From Eubacteriales bacterium (GTDB lineage Bacteria; Bacillota; Clostridia; Oscillospirales; QAKW01), in the NCBI GenBank assembly GCA_045546995.1, contig JAZQDW010000071.1:13105-77104 (forward strand): 64,000 nucleotides of DNA, given 5' to 3'. The notes under the pieces were generated by a model. It had not been told where the DNA came from. It worked only from the letters and a program-made list of their open reading frames with translations, and searched no databases. The first letter of the stretch is position 1, and every line of letters begins with the position of its first letter. The translations under genes were made by a program, and so were the position numbers. Below, piece after piece: positions 1 to 9,426 of this stretch.

Positions 1-248
1 ACGGCGGCTCGATCACTGCATTGGGCAAGGTACCCTGCTACGGTACCGTAGCGGTCGACCCCAGAGTTATTCCGCTGGGCAGTAAGCTGTATATCTGCTC
101 TCCCGACGGCTCGTACGTATACGGCTATTGCTGGGCCGGTGACACCGGCGGCGCCATTAAGGGCAACCGTGTTGACCTGTTCCTCAACAGTGCCGGCGCC
201 TGCACCCAGTTCGGCAGACGTACCATGTACGTATACATTCTGGACTAA
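1..248 (+). CDS. 3D (Asp-Asp-Asp) domain cell-wall protein, C-terminal part (5' end outside window)
   Basis: AVDPRVIPLGS...DTGGAIKGNRVD is the 3D/MltA-like motif; the frame is open to the window edge. Confidence 0.85.
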   Translation, partial: GGSITALGKVPCYGTVAVDPRVIPLGSKLYICSPDGSYVYGYCWAGDTGGAIKGNRVDLFLNSAGACTQFGRRTMYVYILD

Positions 249-256
249 ATAAAATA

Positions 257-293
257 AAAAATCCCACAGAACCGCGGTTCTGTGGGATTTTTT
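257..293. terminator. Bidirectional intrinsic terminator
   Basis: AAAAATCCCACAGAACCGCGGTTCTGTGGGATTTTTT palindrome with A/T tails between convergent genes. Confidence 0.85.
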
Positions 294-892
294 TATGCGA
301 ATAAGGCTTGCCGTAACGTATCTACGTCGGTAAACAGATGGCTGTGAATTCCCAGCTCCTCTGCTATTTGCACGTTGATGGGGGCATCGTCGGCGAAAAA
401 GCAGGCCTCGGGGCGCAGCTGATATTTTTCCAGTAACGCCGTAAACAGACCACGGTCTGCCTTTCGATGTCCCACTTCGTAGGAGATCACTCTGCCATCG
501 AAAAGGGAGAAAATGTCGGGATAACGATTCCATAACGTTTCAAAGCAATCAGGGAAGTCGCTCAGCAGATACAGCCGACATCCCGCATTCTTTAGCTGCT
601 GCAGCAGTTCCGGTATGCCGTCAATGACGGTGTAGGTCTCCATCCATTGGCGTAAATAGGTTTTGGCGATCGCTTGTTCTTCTTCATTCAGCATGGGCAG
701 TACCCGTGTCTCCAGCGTGTCAAAATCAATGTAACCCCGGTCATAATCGTGCCAGGCAGGGGAGGTGAAGATGCGGTAATGCAGCTCTTCTCCGTATTGG
801 CGGTCACCGCCGCACAGACGGGCCATCAGATCAATGGACCCTAACCGCAGTAAGGTGTCCGAGCAATCAAAAATAATATCCTTATATTTCAT
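293..892 (-). CDS. HAD-superfamily hydrolase (phosphatase)
   Basis: IIFDCSDTL motif I, LLSD motif II, K...FFADDAPIN motifs III/IV. Confidence 0.85.
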   Translation of the reverse strand: MKYKDIIFDCSDTLLRLGSIDLMARLCGGDRQYGEELHYRIFTSPAWHDYDRGYIDFDTLETRVLPMLNEEEQAIAKTYLRQWMETYTVIDGIPELLQQLKNAGCRLYLLSDFPDCFETLWNRYPDIFSLFDGRVISYEVGHRKADRGLFTALLEKYQLRPEACFFADDAPINVQIAEELGIHSHLFTDVDTLRQALFA

Positions 893-1562
893 CCTTTTCT
901 CCTTTTTGTTTTTTGCGGACGTTGATGACCAGCCCCAATAGGGAGATGATCAACGCGCCGATTCCGTCGATGATAATGTCCTTCATGGTGTCACTCAATG
1001 CTTCGTGTCCCACCAGCTGTACGCCGTCGGCCAGACGGTATTTTTGCATATTCAGACCCAGCAAGGCATCCCCCATAAATTCGTAGATCTCCCAAAGGGC
1101 GCCCACCGTCAGTGCAAAGCAAAAGGCAAAGAGGGACAGAAAAACGGGGGACAGTCGTACCCGGATATTTTCATTTTGATTTAGCAGTTCTACCAACCAA
1201 AAACCGAATACGCCCAGCATACCGGCGCTGAAACCGTGCAGAATACTGTCCCAGAAGGGGATGAGATAATAAAAACTGCGTACCTCCCCCAAATAAATGG
1301 CACAGTATAAAAAGATGTAATACAATACGGTCAGGATACCGGGAAGCTGACAAGAAAAGCGGTGCTGGATCAAATCGGGCACGAACAACACCACGATGCC
1401 CAATACACATTGCACCAGCATCAGGGAATGGTCGCTGTGCTCGGTCTCGTTTTGCGGGGTAAACAGCATCCGCGCCACGATAAAACCGATAGAAAAAATC
1501 AGCGTGATCAGCACCGTAAACCAAATAATGCGTTTTACGTCATATTTTCGTTTTGTTTTCAT
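882..1562 (-). CDS. Multi-pass membrane protein (WD.ILH...WEIYEF...DTM.D family)
   Basis: About 6 TM segments and a conserved WD-x3-H / WEIYEF / DTMKD pattern; start taken at MKTKRK behind the AGGTGAG RBS. Confidence 0.7.
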   Translation of the reverse strand: MKTKRKYDVKRIIWFTVLITLIFSIGFIVARMLFTPQNETEHSDHSLMLVQCVLGIVVLFVPDLIQHRFSCQLPGILTVLYYIFLYCAIYLGEVRSFYYLIPFWDSILHGFSAGMLGVFGFWLVELLNQNENIRVRLSPVFLSLFAFCFALTVGALWEIYEFMGDALLGLNMQKYRLADGVQLVGHEALSDTMKDIIIDGIGALIISLLGLVINVRKKQKGEKDEI

Positions 1563-1664
1563 AATCTCACCTATAAAGAGTATAGCAGAAAGCCTTTTTC
1601 TTTTCAACCGAAAAGGGAATTTTTAACAAATGATTCACTTTTTAGAAAAAACTGCAAACAAAGG

Positions 1665-1693
1665 TTGACAAATAACGGTAGAATCTTTATAAT
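1665..1693 (+). promoter_or_regulatory. sigma-A promoter
   Basis: Perfect TTGACA-17bp-TATAAT upstream of ATG 1737. Confidence 0.8.
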
Positions 1694-1736
1694 AATTATA
1701 TATACGTGTACACGTGCCACGAAAGGAGACATTTCC

Positions 1737-2327
1737 ATGGAGTGTTTAAGATGCGGCGCAAAACTGAAAGACAATGCAGTCGTTTGTAAAAAATGCGGTT
1801 TTATCGTAAAAGGCGCTAAAAAACTGGAGACTTTTGAACCCACAATTTCTTTTGAGGAGCGTATTCAGAACGCCTCTGAGGAAGAAATGCGTGCAATGTT
1901 GTTGGCTATCAAGGCCAAGCGGGATGGTGCGGCCAACCCCGATAAGAACGCTTTGCCTCCCGAGGTCCTTGCGGCACGTAGTGGTAAGAGATGGGCAACC
2001 ACTGCCTTCGTGGCCGGTCTGCTCTCCTTGATTTTTGTAATCGTACCCGGTGTCAACGTTGTCGTCAGCTTGCTGTTGTTCGTGCTGGCCTTCATCGGCT
2101 TTGGTAAATCCAACGGTTATCGCACCAATCTGGCCATGGTCGGCGTGATCCTGACCATCGTTTCGATTGCTGCCTCCTGGATCTACAATGCATACGCCTC
2201 TGCAATGGTTGGCGAAATGCTGGGAATTACACCTGCGGCAGAAGGCGCCGGCACCGTTGCCGATCCCAATGTCGGTACCGATCCCAATGCCGTTGGTACC
2301 GTTGCCGATCCTACCGTATCCGCCTAA
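1737..2327 (+). CDS. Zinc-ribbon membrane protein (3 TM, short C-terminal repeats)
   Basis: CLRCG...CKKCG N-terminal zinc ribbon, GAAAGGAG RBS, hydrophobic helices, GTVADP repeated at the C-terminus. Confidence 0.75.
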   Translation: MECLRCGAKLKDNAVVCKKCGFIVKGAKKLETFEPTISFEERIQNASEEEMRAMLLAIKAKRDGAANPDKNALPPEVLAARSGKRWATTAFVAGLLSLIFVIVPGVNVVVSLLLFVLAFIGFGKSNGYRTNLAMVGVILTIVSIAASWIYNAYASAMVGEMLGITPAAEGAGTVADPNVGTDPNAVGTVADPTVSA

Positions 2328-2387
2328 GCGTAGCTTTTTTATAAACCGACAGAGCAACCTCTGTCGGTTTTCTTTTTTGGAGGAATT

Positions 2388-3443
2388 ATGAAAAAACTAA
2401 GATTGACAGCTTTGTTGCTGTGCTTGCTTATGTGCTTTTGCGCCTGCGCACCCGAGGAGGCGGAGGCACCGCCCGCCCCCGAGGCGGAGACGCCGCTGTT
2501 GCGTCTGCACGCTATCGACGTGGGACAGGGGGACGCCACCTTTGTCGAATTTCCCGACGGACAATGTATGCTCATTGATGCAGGGGAACGGGATTACGGC
2601 GCAGTGGTGTGTGAATATATCAAGGCGCTCAACTATACAAAAATTGATTATTTGATCGGCTCCCATCCCCACAGTGATCATATCGGCGGCCTTGCCGAGG
2701 TGCTGGAAAATTTTGAGGTGGGACAGGTTTGGATGCCCAAAAAGGCCAGCACCACCGCCACCTTTGAAAAACTGCTGAAAACCGTTAAGGCAAAGGGATT
2801 AACCATTCAAACGGCGCTGGCCGGGAAACAGATTGTGTCCTCGGCAGATTGGAAGGTACAACTGCTTTCCCCCGTAGAGGAGGATTACGGGGACGAAATG
2901 AATCTTTATTCCGCCGTGGTCAAGATCACCTACGGTACACAACGGTTTTTGATTATGGGGGATGCCGAGACGGAAAACGAGGAGCAAATGCAGGATGTGG
3001 CGGCGGAATATATCCGCGTGGGACATCACGGCTCAAAAACCTCCTCCTCTGTCGCCTTTGTCAAACGGGTGGGCGCCCGTTATGCCGTCGTATCGGTGGG
3101 GAAGGATAATTCTTACGGTCTGCCCAAGGACGAAATTCTCGAGCGTTGGACCAACGCAGGAGCAAGCGTTTACCGTACGGATGAGTTGGGCAGTATCGTT
3201 GCCCGCAGTGACGGCAAGAGCATCGAAATGGAAAACGCCCCTGCCGCACCGTCACCGCAGACCAAGCCGTCGGCACAACCCCAATGGGTGCTCAACGTTT
3301 CTTCCAAAAAGATCCATTGCCACGATTGCTCGGCGGTGAAAAAGATCAAGGATAAAAATAAACAATACAGTAAAAAAACCGCAGAGCAACTGTTGGCAGA
3401 GGGATATACGCCGTGCGGCACCTGCGATCCGCTGGCGGGATAG
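2388..3443 (+). CDS. ComEC/Rec2-type MBL-fold metallo-hydrolase lipoprotein with C-terminal Ada-like metal-binding domain
   Basis: DVGQGD, SHPHSDHIGG, GHHGS motifs; lipobox FCAC; C-terminal KIH...C...GYTPCGTC. Confidence 0.88.
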   Translation: MKKLRLTALLLCLLMCFCACAPEEAEAPPAPEAETPLLRLHAIDVGQGDATFVEFPDGQCMLIDAGERDYGAVVCEYIKALNYTKIDYLIGSHPHSDHIGGLAEVLENFEVGQVWMPKKASTTATFEKLLKTVKAKGLTIQTALAGKQIVSSADWKVQLLSPVEEDYGDEMNLYSAVVKITYGTQRFLIMGDAETENEEQMQDVAAEYIRVGHHGSKTSSSVAFVKRVGARYAVVSVGKDNSYGLPKDEILERWTNAGASVYRTDELGSIVARSDGKSIEMENAPAAPSPQTKPSAQPQWVLNVSSKKIHCHDCSAVKKIKDKNKQYSKKTAEQLLAEGYTPCGTCDPLAG

Positions 3444-3455
3444 GAGGAAGAGGAT

Positions 3456-3653
3456 ATGAAAGTGATTATTGATCGCCTGGAGGGTGAGTTTGCCGTGGTG
3501 GAACTGTCGGACGGTAGGATGGCGCAGCTGCCCCGTGTACTCGTACCGGAGGGGCGCGAGGGTGACGTGGTCAACATTACCATCGACCCCGCCGAACGGC
3601 AAAAAAGAGAGGCGACCGTGCAGGCGCTGATGAATGATCTTTTTGCCGATTGA
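3456..3653 (+). CDS. DUF3006 family protein
   Basis: IIDRLEGEFAVVE...PEGREGDV motif; typical neighbour of the MBL/ComEC gene. Confidence 0.85.
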   Translation: MKVIIDRLEGEFAVVELSDGRMAQLPRVLVPEGREGDVVNITIDPAERQKREATVQALMNDLFAD

Positions 3654-3690
3654 ATTGTAAGCAAAGCGTATAAAATAAAGGAGCAAAAAC

Positions 3691-3750
3691 ATGGATGCCG
3701 AAAGGTGTAAACTAAATTTAATACAAAACGGACGGCCCGTGCTTTTGTAG
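3691..3750 (+). CDS. Putative 19-aa leader peptide (MDAERCKLNLIQNGRPVLL) upstream of mgtE
   Basis: AAGGAG RBS 7 nt before ATG; TAG at 3748-3750; overlaps alternative hairpins. Confidence 0.5.
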   Translation: MDAERCKLNLIQNGRPVLL

Positions 3751-3790
3751 ACGTTTAAAATGGCCGCCCGCAGAAAGGACGGTCATTTTT

Positions 3791-4834
3791 ATGAAAAATA
3801 AAGAAATGGTTTTTACCGCTATGCCCTTCCGCGAGGAATGCTTTGGTCAGTACGTGACGCAAAGCTATATTCGCCTGGAACACCATCTTTCCGTAAAGCA
3901 GGCGATGCGACGGCTGATCGATGGCGCCGGGACGTGCGATAATATCGATATGCTCTTCGTCACCGATGAGAAGGGCTGTTATCTGGGCGCGATGGAGATG
4001 AAACGGCTGATCACCGCCCGGGATGGTACGGCTATAGAGACGTTGCTGGATGCAGATTATCCCTTCGTATTGGAAGATCGCCCCATTGATGAGAATATTG
4101 AACAGCTCAAATGCTTTGCCGGCGGTACCTTGCCTGTGCTGGATGAAGGGCATCGCTTGTTGGGTGTCATCAGCGTGGAGGATATGCTGGATATTTTGGA
4201 GGATGAGCTGGAGGAGGACTATGCTCGCTTGGGCGGTCTGACCGAAGGTGAGGAATTGCAGGAACGTTTGGGCCACAGCCTGCAAAAACGCCTGCCGTGG
4301 CTGGCAGTATTGCTGGTGCTGGGATTGGGTGTCTCTACGCTGATCGACGCGTTTTCGCCGGTTTTTGAACGGCTGTCGGCGGTGGTGTGCTTTCAGTCGC
4401 TGATATTGGGTATGGCCGGTAACGGCGGCACCCAGTCTCTGGCAGTAACGGTGCGCCTGCTGTCGGATAAAAATCTGCAACGCCGTCAACGATTGGCGCT
4501 GTTGCTTAAGGAGATTCGCGTCGGCTTTGTGGGCGGTCTGTTGCTGGGGCTCTTTTCCTGTGGGATCGTGACACTGTATGCCGTATGGTTGCAGGGCGCG
4601 CCGTGGCAGTTTGCCCTCTCTTTGGGTGGCTGCGTGGGATTGGCACTGTGGTGCGCCATGACCCTGTCGGCGGCGGCCGGCACGTGGATCCCGTTGCTGT
4701 TTAAAGGCATTGGAGTGGATCCCGCCGTGGCCAGCGGACCGCTGATCACCACCCTCAACGATCTGTCCGCTGTGATGATCTATTACGGCCTGACCTGGAT
4801 CCTGCTGATCCGCCTTGCAGGCTTTGGAGGATAA
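3791..4834 (+). CDS. mgtE: Magnesium transporter MgtE (CBS pair + TM domain, no N-domain)
   Basis: KRLPWL, GMAGNGGTQS, DPAVASGPLITTLND signature motifs. Confidence 0.9.
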   Translation: MKNKEMVFTAMPFREECFGQYVTQSYIRLEHHLSVKQAMRRLIDGAGTCDNIDMLFVTDEKGCYLGAMEMKRLITARDGTAIETLLDADYPFVLEDRPIDENIEQLKCFAGGTLPVLDEGHRLLGVISVEDMLDILEDELEEDYARLGGLTEGEELQERLGHSLQKRLPWLAVLLVLGLGVSTLIDAFSPVFERLSAVVCFQSLILGMAGNGGTQSLAVTVRLLSDKNLQRRQRLALLLKEIRVGFVGGLLLGLFSCGIVTLYAVWLQGAPWQFALSLGGCVGLALWCAMTLSAAAGTWIPLLFKGIGVDPAVASGPLITTLNDLSAVMIYYGLTWILLIRLAGFGG

Positions 4835-4873
4835 ATAAAGAGGTTTTTGCCGATCGGCAAAAACCTCTTTTCT

Positions 4874-5632
4874 TTATTTAAAGCCTTTGGATTTCAAGAA
4901 TTCATAGCTGCGGCGCAGACAGTCAAAGGGGTCGTCGTCGTAACAATAGTCCTGCTCCACGAACATATATTTGGTGCCGGCATCCTGGGCGGCGGCAAAA
5001 ATGCCGTCCCAGTTCAGATTGCCTTCGCCGATGGGCGCCATTTTTTTGTCGCCGTCAAAGGCGTAATCCTTGAGATGGATGCAGGGGACACGGCCGCTGA
5101 GCTGCCGCAACCACCAGGCGGGATCACCGCCGCCTGTCTGTACCCAATAGGTATCCAGGGTAAAGCCTAATTCGTCGGCAGGAAAATCCTCGGCAATTTT
5201 GGCCAGGATCAGCTTGCCGTCCTCTTTGGCAAATTCAAGGGCGTGGTTGTGATACATAAAGTATTTGCCGAGGTCTTTCAGCTTTTTGGCGGCAGGACGG
5301 TACTTTTCCAAAAAGTCGGCATAGCTGAAGCCATCCTCCGGCTTGTTGAATTTGTACATTCCCAGACCTACGTAGTCAGCGCCGTACACGGTGTGCTCTG
5401 CGGCAACCGTTTCGGTCTCATTCAAAATGCGGTCAGCTGCGGTGTGGGACAGGGGACAGATCAACCCATTTTTGTCCAGTTCTTGCTTCAGCCATTCCGC
5501 ATCTACGGCACAGGTGCCGGATAACTGTACGGCAGTGTAACCGATGTCGGCAATTCTTTTCAGTGTTTCCGCCAGTGCTGCCGGATCTTTGCAGGCATCC
5601 CGGACGGTGTAAAGTTGTGCACCGATAATCAT
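4874..5632 (-). CDS. Sugar phosphate isomerase/epimerase (AP-endonuclease-2 TIM barrel)
   Basis: QLYTVRD, YHNH..EF, LDTYW, HLKD, VEQD motifs. Confidence 0.88.
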   Translation of the reverse strand: MIIGAQLYTVRDACKDPAALAETLKRIADIGYTAVQLSGTCAVDAEWLKQELDKNGLICPLSHTAADRILNETETVAAEHTVYGADYVGLGMYKFNKPEDGFSYADFLEKYRPAAKKLKDLGKYFMYHNHALEFAKEDGKLILAKIAEDFPADELGFTLDTYWVQTGGGDPAWWLRQLSGRVPCIHLKDYAFDGDKKMAPIGEGNLNWDGIFAAAQDAGTKYMFVEQDYCYDDDPFDCLRRSYEFLKSKGFK

Positions 5633-5636
5633 AACG

Positions 5637-6416
5637 TTATTCTCCTTTATTAAATACTCTTTTTAAATTAGGCAACGCCATACGGATCGTTTCGGCAAAA
5701 TCATCGCCGAATTTTCCCTCCAGACTGATGCGTCCGTCGTAATTGCACGCGCGCAATGCCGCCGCCCATTTTTGACAGAGGGCGATCCCTTCTTCGTTTA
5801 CGGGCATTTTGCGGTCTGTGACCGCCAGATGTACGTGGGCAAGTTGCGCTCCCGCATTTTCGATCGCTTCCAACGTTTCGCCGCTGGATAAAACGTGGTA
5901 GAAGTCAGCCTGTACCTTGACGTTCGGATGATCTACCTTGCGGCATAGGGCAATGCCCTCGGCTACGGTATTGATCAGGTTAGTCTCTTTCACCCGCAAC
6001 GGCTCCAGCGCCACGGTGATACCGTATTGCTTCGCACTCTCACCGCACAGCCGCAGGATCTCTGCCAGCTGTTGCTCCGCTGTCGCACGGTCAAAGCCGT
6101 CGGGGACGTTGCGGGCGCCACCGTTGCCCATCACGCATACCTTGATGCCAAGGGCGGCGGCGCGGGGAAACGCTCGTTGGAGGTATTCCCGAATCTGCTG
6201 TAGGTCGACCTGCGGCCCTACCAGCGGTATGTCTAAGGAAAAGAAAACGTTGGTGCTTTCCGCTTTGACGGGGGAGGCATCCAGTCGCGCTTTCAGCTCC
6301 TTAAACTCCTCGTCTGTACATTCTGCGATATTCCGCAGCGCCAGTTCAATATAGTCATAGCCGGCGTCGATCACGGCTTGCAGATTTTCCGGTTTTGTAC
6401 AAACACCGAATTTCAT
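5637..6416 (-). CDS. Sugar phosphate isomerase/epimerase (tagatose/psicose 3-epimerase-like)
   Basis: ALEPL..ETN, DFYH, HVH, ISLEG metal-binding motifs. Confidence 0.85.
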   Translation of the reverse strand: MKFGVCTKPENLQAVIDAGYDYIELALRNIAECTDEEFKELKARLDASPVKAESTNVFFSLDIPLVGPQVDLQQIREYLQRAFPRAAALGIKVCVMGNGGARNVPDGFDRATAEQQLAEILRLCGESAKQYGITVALEPLRVKETNLINTVAEGIALCRKVDHPNVKVQADFYHVLSSGETLEAIENAGAQLAHVHLAVTDRKMPVNEEGIALCQKWAAALRACNYDGRISLEGKFGDDFAETIRMALPNLKRVFNKGE

Positions 6417-7597
6417 TATGCTTTACCGTTCCATCTTTCGTTATAAGTGCCGGACAGATCTTCGATCACGGACGGAGCCGTGGCGGTTTTGTGCTTGGAA
6501 GTCTTGATGCGTTTTTGCAGTTCTTCGTAAAACAGATCTTCATCTATGGGCAGGCTGATCTCTTTGCCGGTCCAGTCCGCCAAGAAGGCGGCGTTGGAAA
6601 TGGTCAGGCCGTTGATACCTTCATATCCGGCGGAAATCAACTCTTCACCGTACAAAATGTGATTGGTAAAGTTTTGCAAAATACCCACGTGGGCTGTGCC
6701 GGTATCTTCCACTGTCGTTTCTTCCACAGTGAAGGGGATTTTGTCAAAGCCTTTTTGGGAAGTAAAGCAAACCTCGCGTTCCGGCGTTTCCAGCTTGTAG
6801 AAGGTAAGCGTCTTGCCTTCAATAACGATTTTGCCGCGGTCACCGGAGATCTCCAGACGGTTGGTACCGGGAAATTCGCCGGTGGTAGTGATGAAGCAGG
6901 CGGAGGCGCCGTTTTCATATTCGGCGGTGATGGTTACGTCATCCTCAACCTCGATATCGTGGTATTTACCAACGGTACATTTGGCATTGATGCTCTTGGG
7001 CATACCGAAGATCCACTGCCACAGGTCCAGATTGTGGGGGCACTGATTCAGCAGTACGCCGCCGCCTTCGCCGGCCCAGGTGGCGCGCCATGCGCCACTG
7101 TCATAATAGGTTTGGGTGCGGTACCAGTTGGTGATGATCCAAACAAGACGTTTGGGCTGACCGATGGTGCCGTCCTGCACCATCTTTCTTGCTTTTTGGT
7201 ACAGCGGATTGGTGCGCTGATTAAACATCAGGGCAAAGGTTTTGCCGCTTTTGGCGGCGACTTCGTTCATTTCTCTTACCTTTTTGGTGTATACACCGGC
7301 CGGCTTCTCGCTTAAAACGTGATAGCCTTTCTCAAAGCCCTCAATGGCGATCACGGGATGATCGTAATGGGGCGTGGCAATGATGATGGCATCGCAAATG
7401 TGATCGTCCAGTAAAACGTGATGGTCGGCATACTGCGCCACGCCGGGCAGATTTTCACTTGCCCATTCCAATTTGGCAGGATCGGTGTCACAAACGGCCA
7501 CCAGTTCCATATCCTTGACTTTGCCTTCCAGAATGTGTTTGGCATGGGCGGAACCCATATTGCCGATACCAATGATGGCGACTTTTAACTTATTCAT
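6416..7597 (-). CDS. Gfo/Idh/MocA family oxidoreductase
   Basis: GIGNMG Rossmann motif, TPHYDH, EKP, GGGVLLNQCPHNLD. Confidence 0.92.
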   Translation of the reverse strand: MNKLKVAIIGIGNMGSAHAKHILEGKVKDMELVAVCDTDPAKLEWASENLPGVAQYADHHVLLDDHICDAIIIATPHYDHPVIAIEGFEKGYHVLSEKPAGVYTKKVREMNEVAAKSGKTFALMFNQRTNPLYQKARKMVQDGTIGQPKRLVWIITNWYRTQTYYDSGAWRATWAGEGGGVLLNQCPHNLDLWQWIFGMPKSINAKCTVGKYHDIEVEDDVTITAEYENGASACFITTTGEFPGTNRLEISGDRGKIVIEGKTLTFYKLETPEREVCFTSQKGFDKIPFTVEETTVEDTGTAHVGILQNFTNHILYGEELISAGYEGINGLTISNAAFLADWTGKEISLPIDEDLFYEELQKRIKTSKHKTATAPSVIEDLSGTYNERWNGKA

Positions 7598-8444
7598 AGC
7601 TTAAACCTCTTTCTTCTAAAATGCTCTTTAATGCGGCTACTGCCACGTCAAAGGATTCGTTGTTGTCCTTGTAAATGTTGGTGGGCATTTCTTTCATGCT
7701 GGTGTGATCCTTCAAACCGGCAAAACTTTTCAGATGGGGCTCCACCGTCAGCATTACACTCTCGTGATCCTTGGCAAAATCCTCCAGAATGGGGCCGATG
7801 CTTCCGTTGCCCGCACCGGCCGGAACCACTTCGCCGCTTTCGGCCAGGGCGTCCTTGATGTGAAAATAGCCGATCTCCTCCCGCAGCTTGGGGAAGGCAT
7901 CGGCGGGCGCAACGCCGCACTGAATGAAGTTGGCCGGATCGAAAATAAATTCCATTCGTCCCGCAAACTCGTCCACCAGATTCAGTACCCGCTCGTCAGT
8001 ATCACCGTAAATACCTTTCTCGTTTTCGTGATACAGGGTGATGCCGGTGCCTTCGGCAATGTCCAGCATTTCCTCCAGCGTTGCAAATATGGCTTCCTCA
8101 TCCGCTTCCGGCGTGTCGGTAAACAGCGAAAACATACGGATTCGCCGGGCGCCCAGAATACGGGCGACCGCCAGTGTGTGTAAAAACTTGGCAATATGTG
8201 CGTTCAGATCATCCTGCAGTCCCACCTTGCCGATGGGGGAACCGATGGTCATTACCTGGATGCCGGCGGCATCCAATGCTTGTTTGTATTCCGCTACGGT
8301 TTTCAGCGGCGTGTCGGAGATGTTGACGCCGTTGACCGAACGGATCTCCATATATTTGATGTTGTTTCTCTGCAGAGCGGCAATTTGCTCCTCCAGAGTA
8401 GTGCCCGCCTCGTCGGCAAAGGCACTTAAAATATATTTGGACAT
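7590..8444 (-). CDS. Sugar phosphate isomerase/epimerase
   Basis: SAFADE start, HENEKGIYG, FDPANF, HIKD, EPHL; true start MSKYIL after AAGGAGG RBS. Confidence 0.88.
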   Translation of the reverse strand: MSKYILSAFADEAGTTLEEQIAALQRNNIKYMEIRSVNGVNISDTPLKTVAEYKQALDAAGIQVMTIGSPIGKVGLQDDLNAHIAKFLHTLAVARILGARRIRMFSLFTDTPEADEEAIFATLEEMLDIAEGTGITLYHENEKGIYGDTDERVLNLVDEFAGRMEFIFDPANFIQCGVAPADAFPKLREEIGYFHIKDALAESGEVVPAGAGNGSIGPILEDFAKDHESVMLTVEPHLKSFAGLKDHTSMKEMPTNIYKDNNESFDVAVAALKSILEERGLSYE

Positions 8445-8561
8445 ATTGATTCCTCCTTTATGTGTAGTATAACAAACAATTTTGAGTATGTAAATCCACA
8501 AAATTGCTTGAACTATTGCGAAAATTGTTCTATAATGATTTGTATTAAAGGAGGTGCGTCC

Positions 8562-9365
8562 GTGCATAAACATTCCTATGTCAACGACTGCCATTTTTCG
8601 TTGAGCTATAACGTGACCAAGAAGAACTCTACGTTCAACTTTCACGCTCATGATAAATATGAGATCTATTATTTTAAAGGCGGCGAGATACAATACTATA
8701 TCGAAGATGCCGACTATACGATGGTGGCGGGCGATCTGCTGATCATTCCGCCGGGGCAGATGCACCGTGTGGTCACGCTGGATGAGGCTGCCCCTTACGA
8801 GCGCTTTGTAATGAGTCTTTCGGTGCCTTATTGTCGCCGCCTGCTGCAACGGGTGCCCGAGCATTTTGTGTTTCATGAGATGGGCAGCTGTCAGCTGCCG
8901 CTGGGGGAATCCCGGCCGCTGTTTGAAAAAATGATGATTGCTCTGTTGGAATTGCCCTCCGATCAGGCGGGGCTGTTGCAGCGGGATGCGTTGGTGACGG
9001 TGCTGTTGCTGGAGCTGGCGCAAATGATCGAGCGTGGACAGATCAATCAGCAAAGTGACCATCGTATGAGCGAGATCATACGGTATATCAACGCCAATTT
9101 CACCCGTGATCTGACGCTGGAAGAGATCGCCGACCGTTTTTTTATCAGCAAATACTATTTGTTACGCCGTTTTAAGGCGTTGACCAATTCCACGGTGCAC
9201 GCCTATATTCTGACCAAACGGATCCTGCTGGCCAGGGCGCTGTTGCAGGAGGGGGTCAGCCCGGCTGATGTCGGTGAGCAATGCGGCTTTGCCTCTTATG
9301 CCGGATTTTTCAGAGCGTTTGTCAGCCAGACGGGTGTCAGCCCCACGACGTATATTAAAAAGTAA
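8562..9365 (+). CDS. AraC family transcriptional regulator
   Basis: N-terminal cupin (HAHDKYEI), C-terminal double HTH (CGFASYAGFFRAF); GTG start after AAGGAGG; divergent from the sugar operon. Confidence 0.9.
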   Translation: MHKHSYVNDCHFSLSYNVTKKNSTFNFHAHDKYEIYYFKGGEIQYYIEDADYTMVAGDLLIIPPGQMHRVVTLDEAAPYERFVMSLSVPYCRRLLQRVPEHFVFHEMGSCQLPLGESRPLFEKMMIALLELPSDQAGLLQRDALVTVLLLELAQMIERGQINQQSDHRMSEIIRYINANFTRDLTLEEIADRFFISKYYLLRRFKALTNSTVHAYILTKRILLARALLQEGVSPADVGEQCGFASYAGFFRAFVSQTGVSPTTYIKK

Positions 9366-9392
9366 ATTTTGCGCGCCAAGTTGCCGTATTTG

Positions 9393-9425
9393 CAAAAAAC
9401 GCCCGAGGGGAAAGTCCCTCGGGCA
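9393..9425. terminator. Intrinsic terminator hairpin, copy 2 (identical to 11587-11619)
   Basis: CAAAAAACGCCCGAGGGGAAAGTCCCTCGGGCA occurs twice. Confidence 0.8.
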
Positions 9426-9426
9426 A

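Noticed and set aside
3654-3790. M-box (ykoK) riboswitch expected upstream of mgtE
   Set aside because: The intergenic space is only about 135 bp, with no recognisable M-box core and no terminator.
7590-9062. 490-aa ORF as called in the track
   Set aside because: The N-terminal ~206 aa is antisense to the araC gene and promoter; the real start is 8444. Similar false extensions occur at 1362, 29208-31184, 48473-49381 and 51736.
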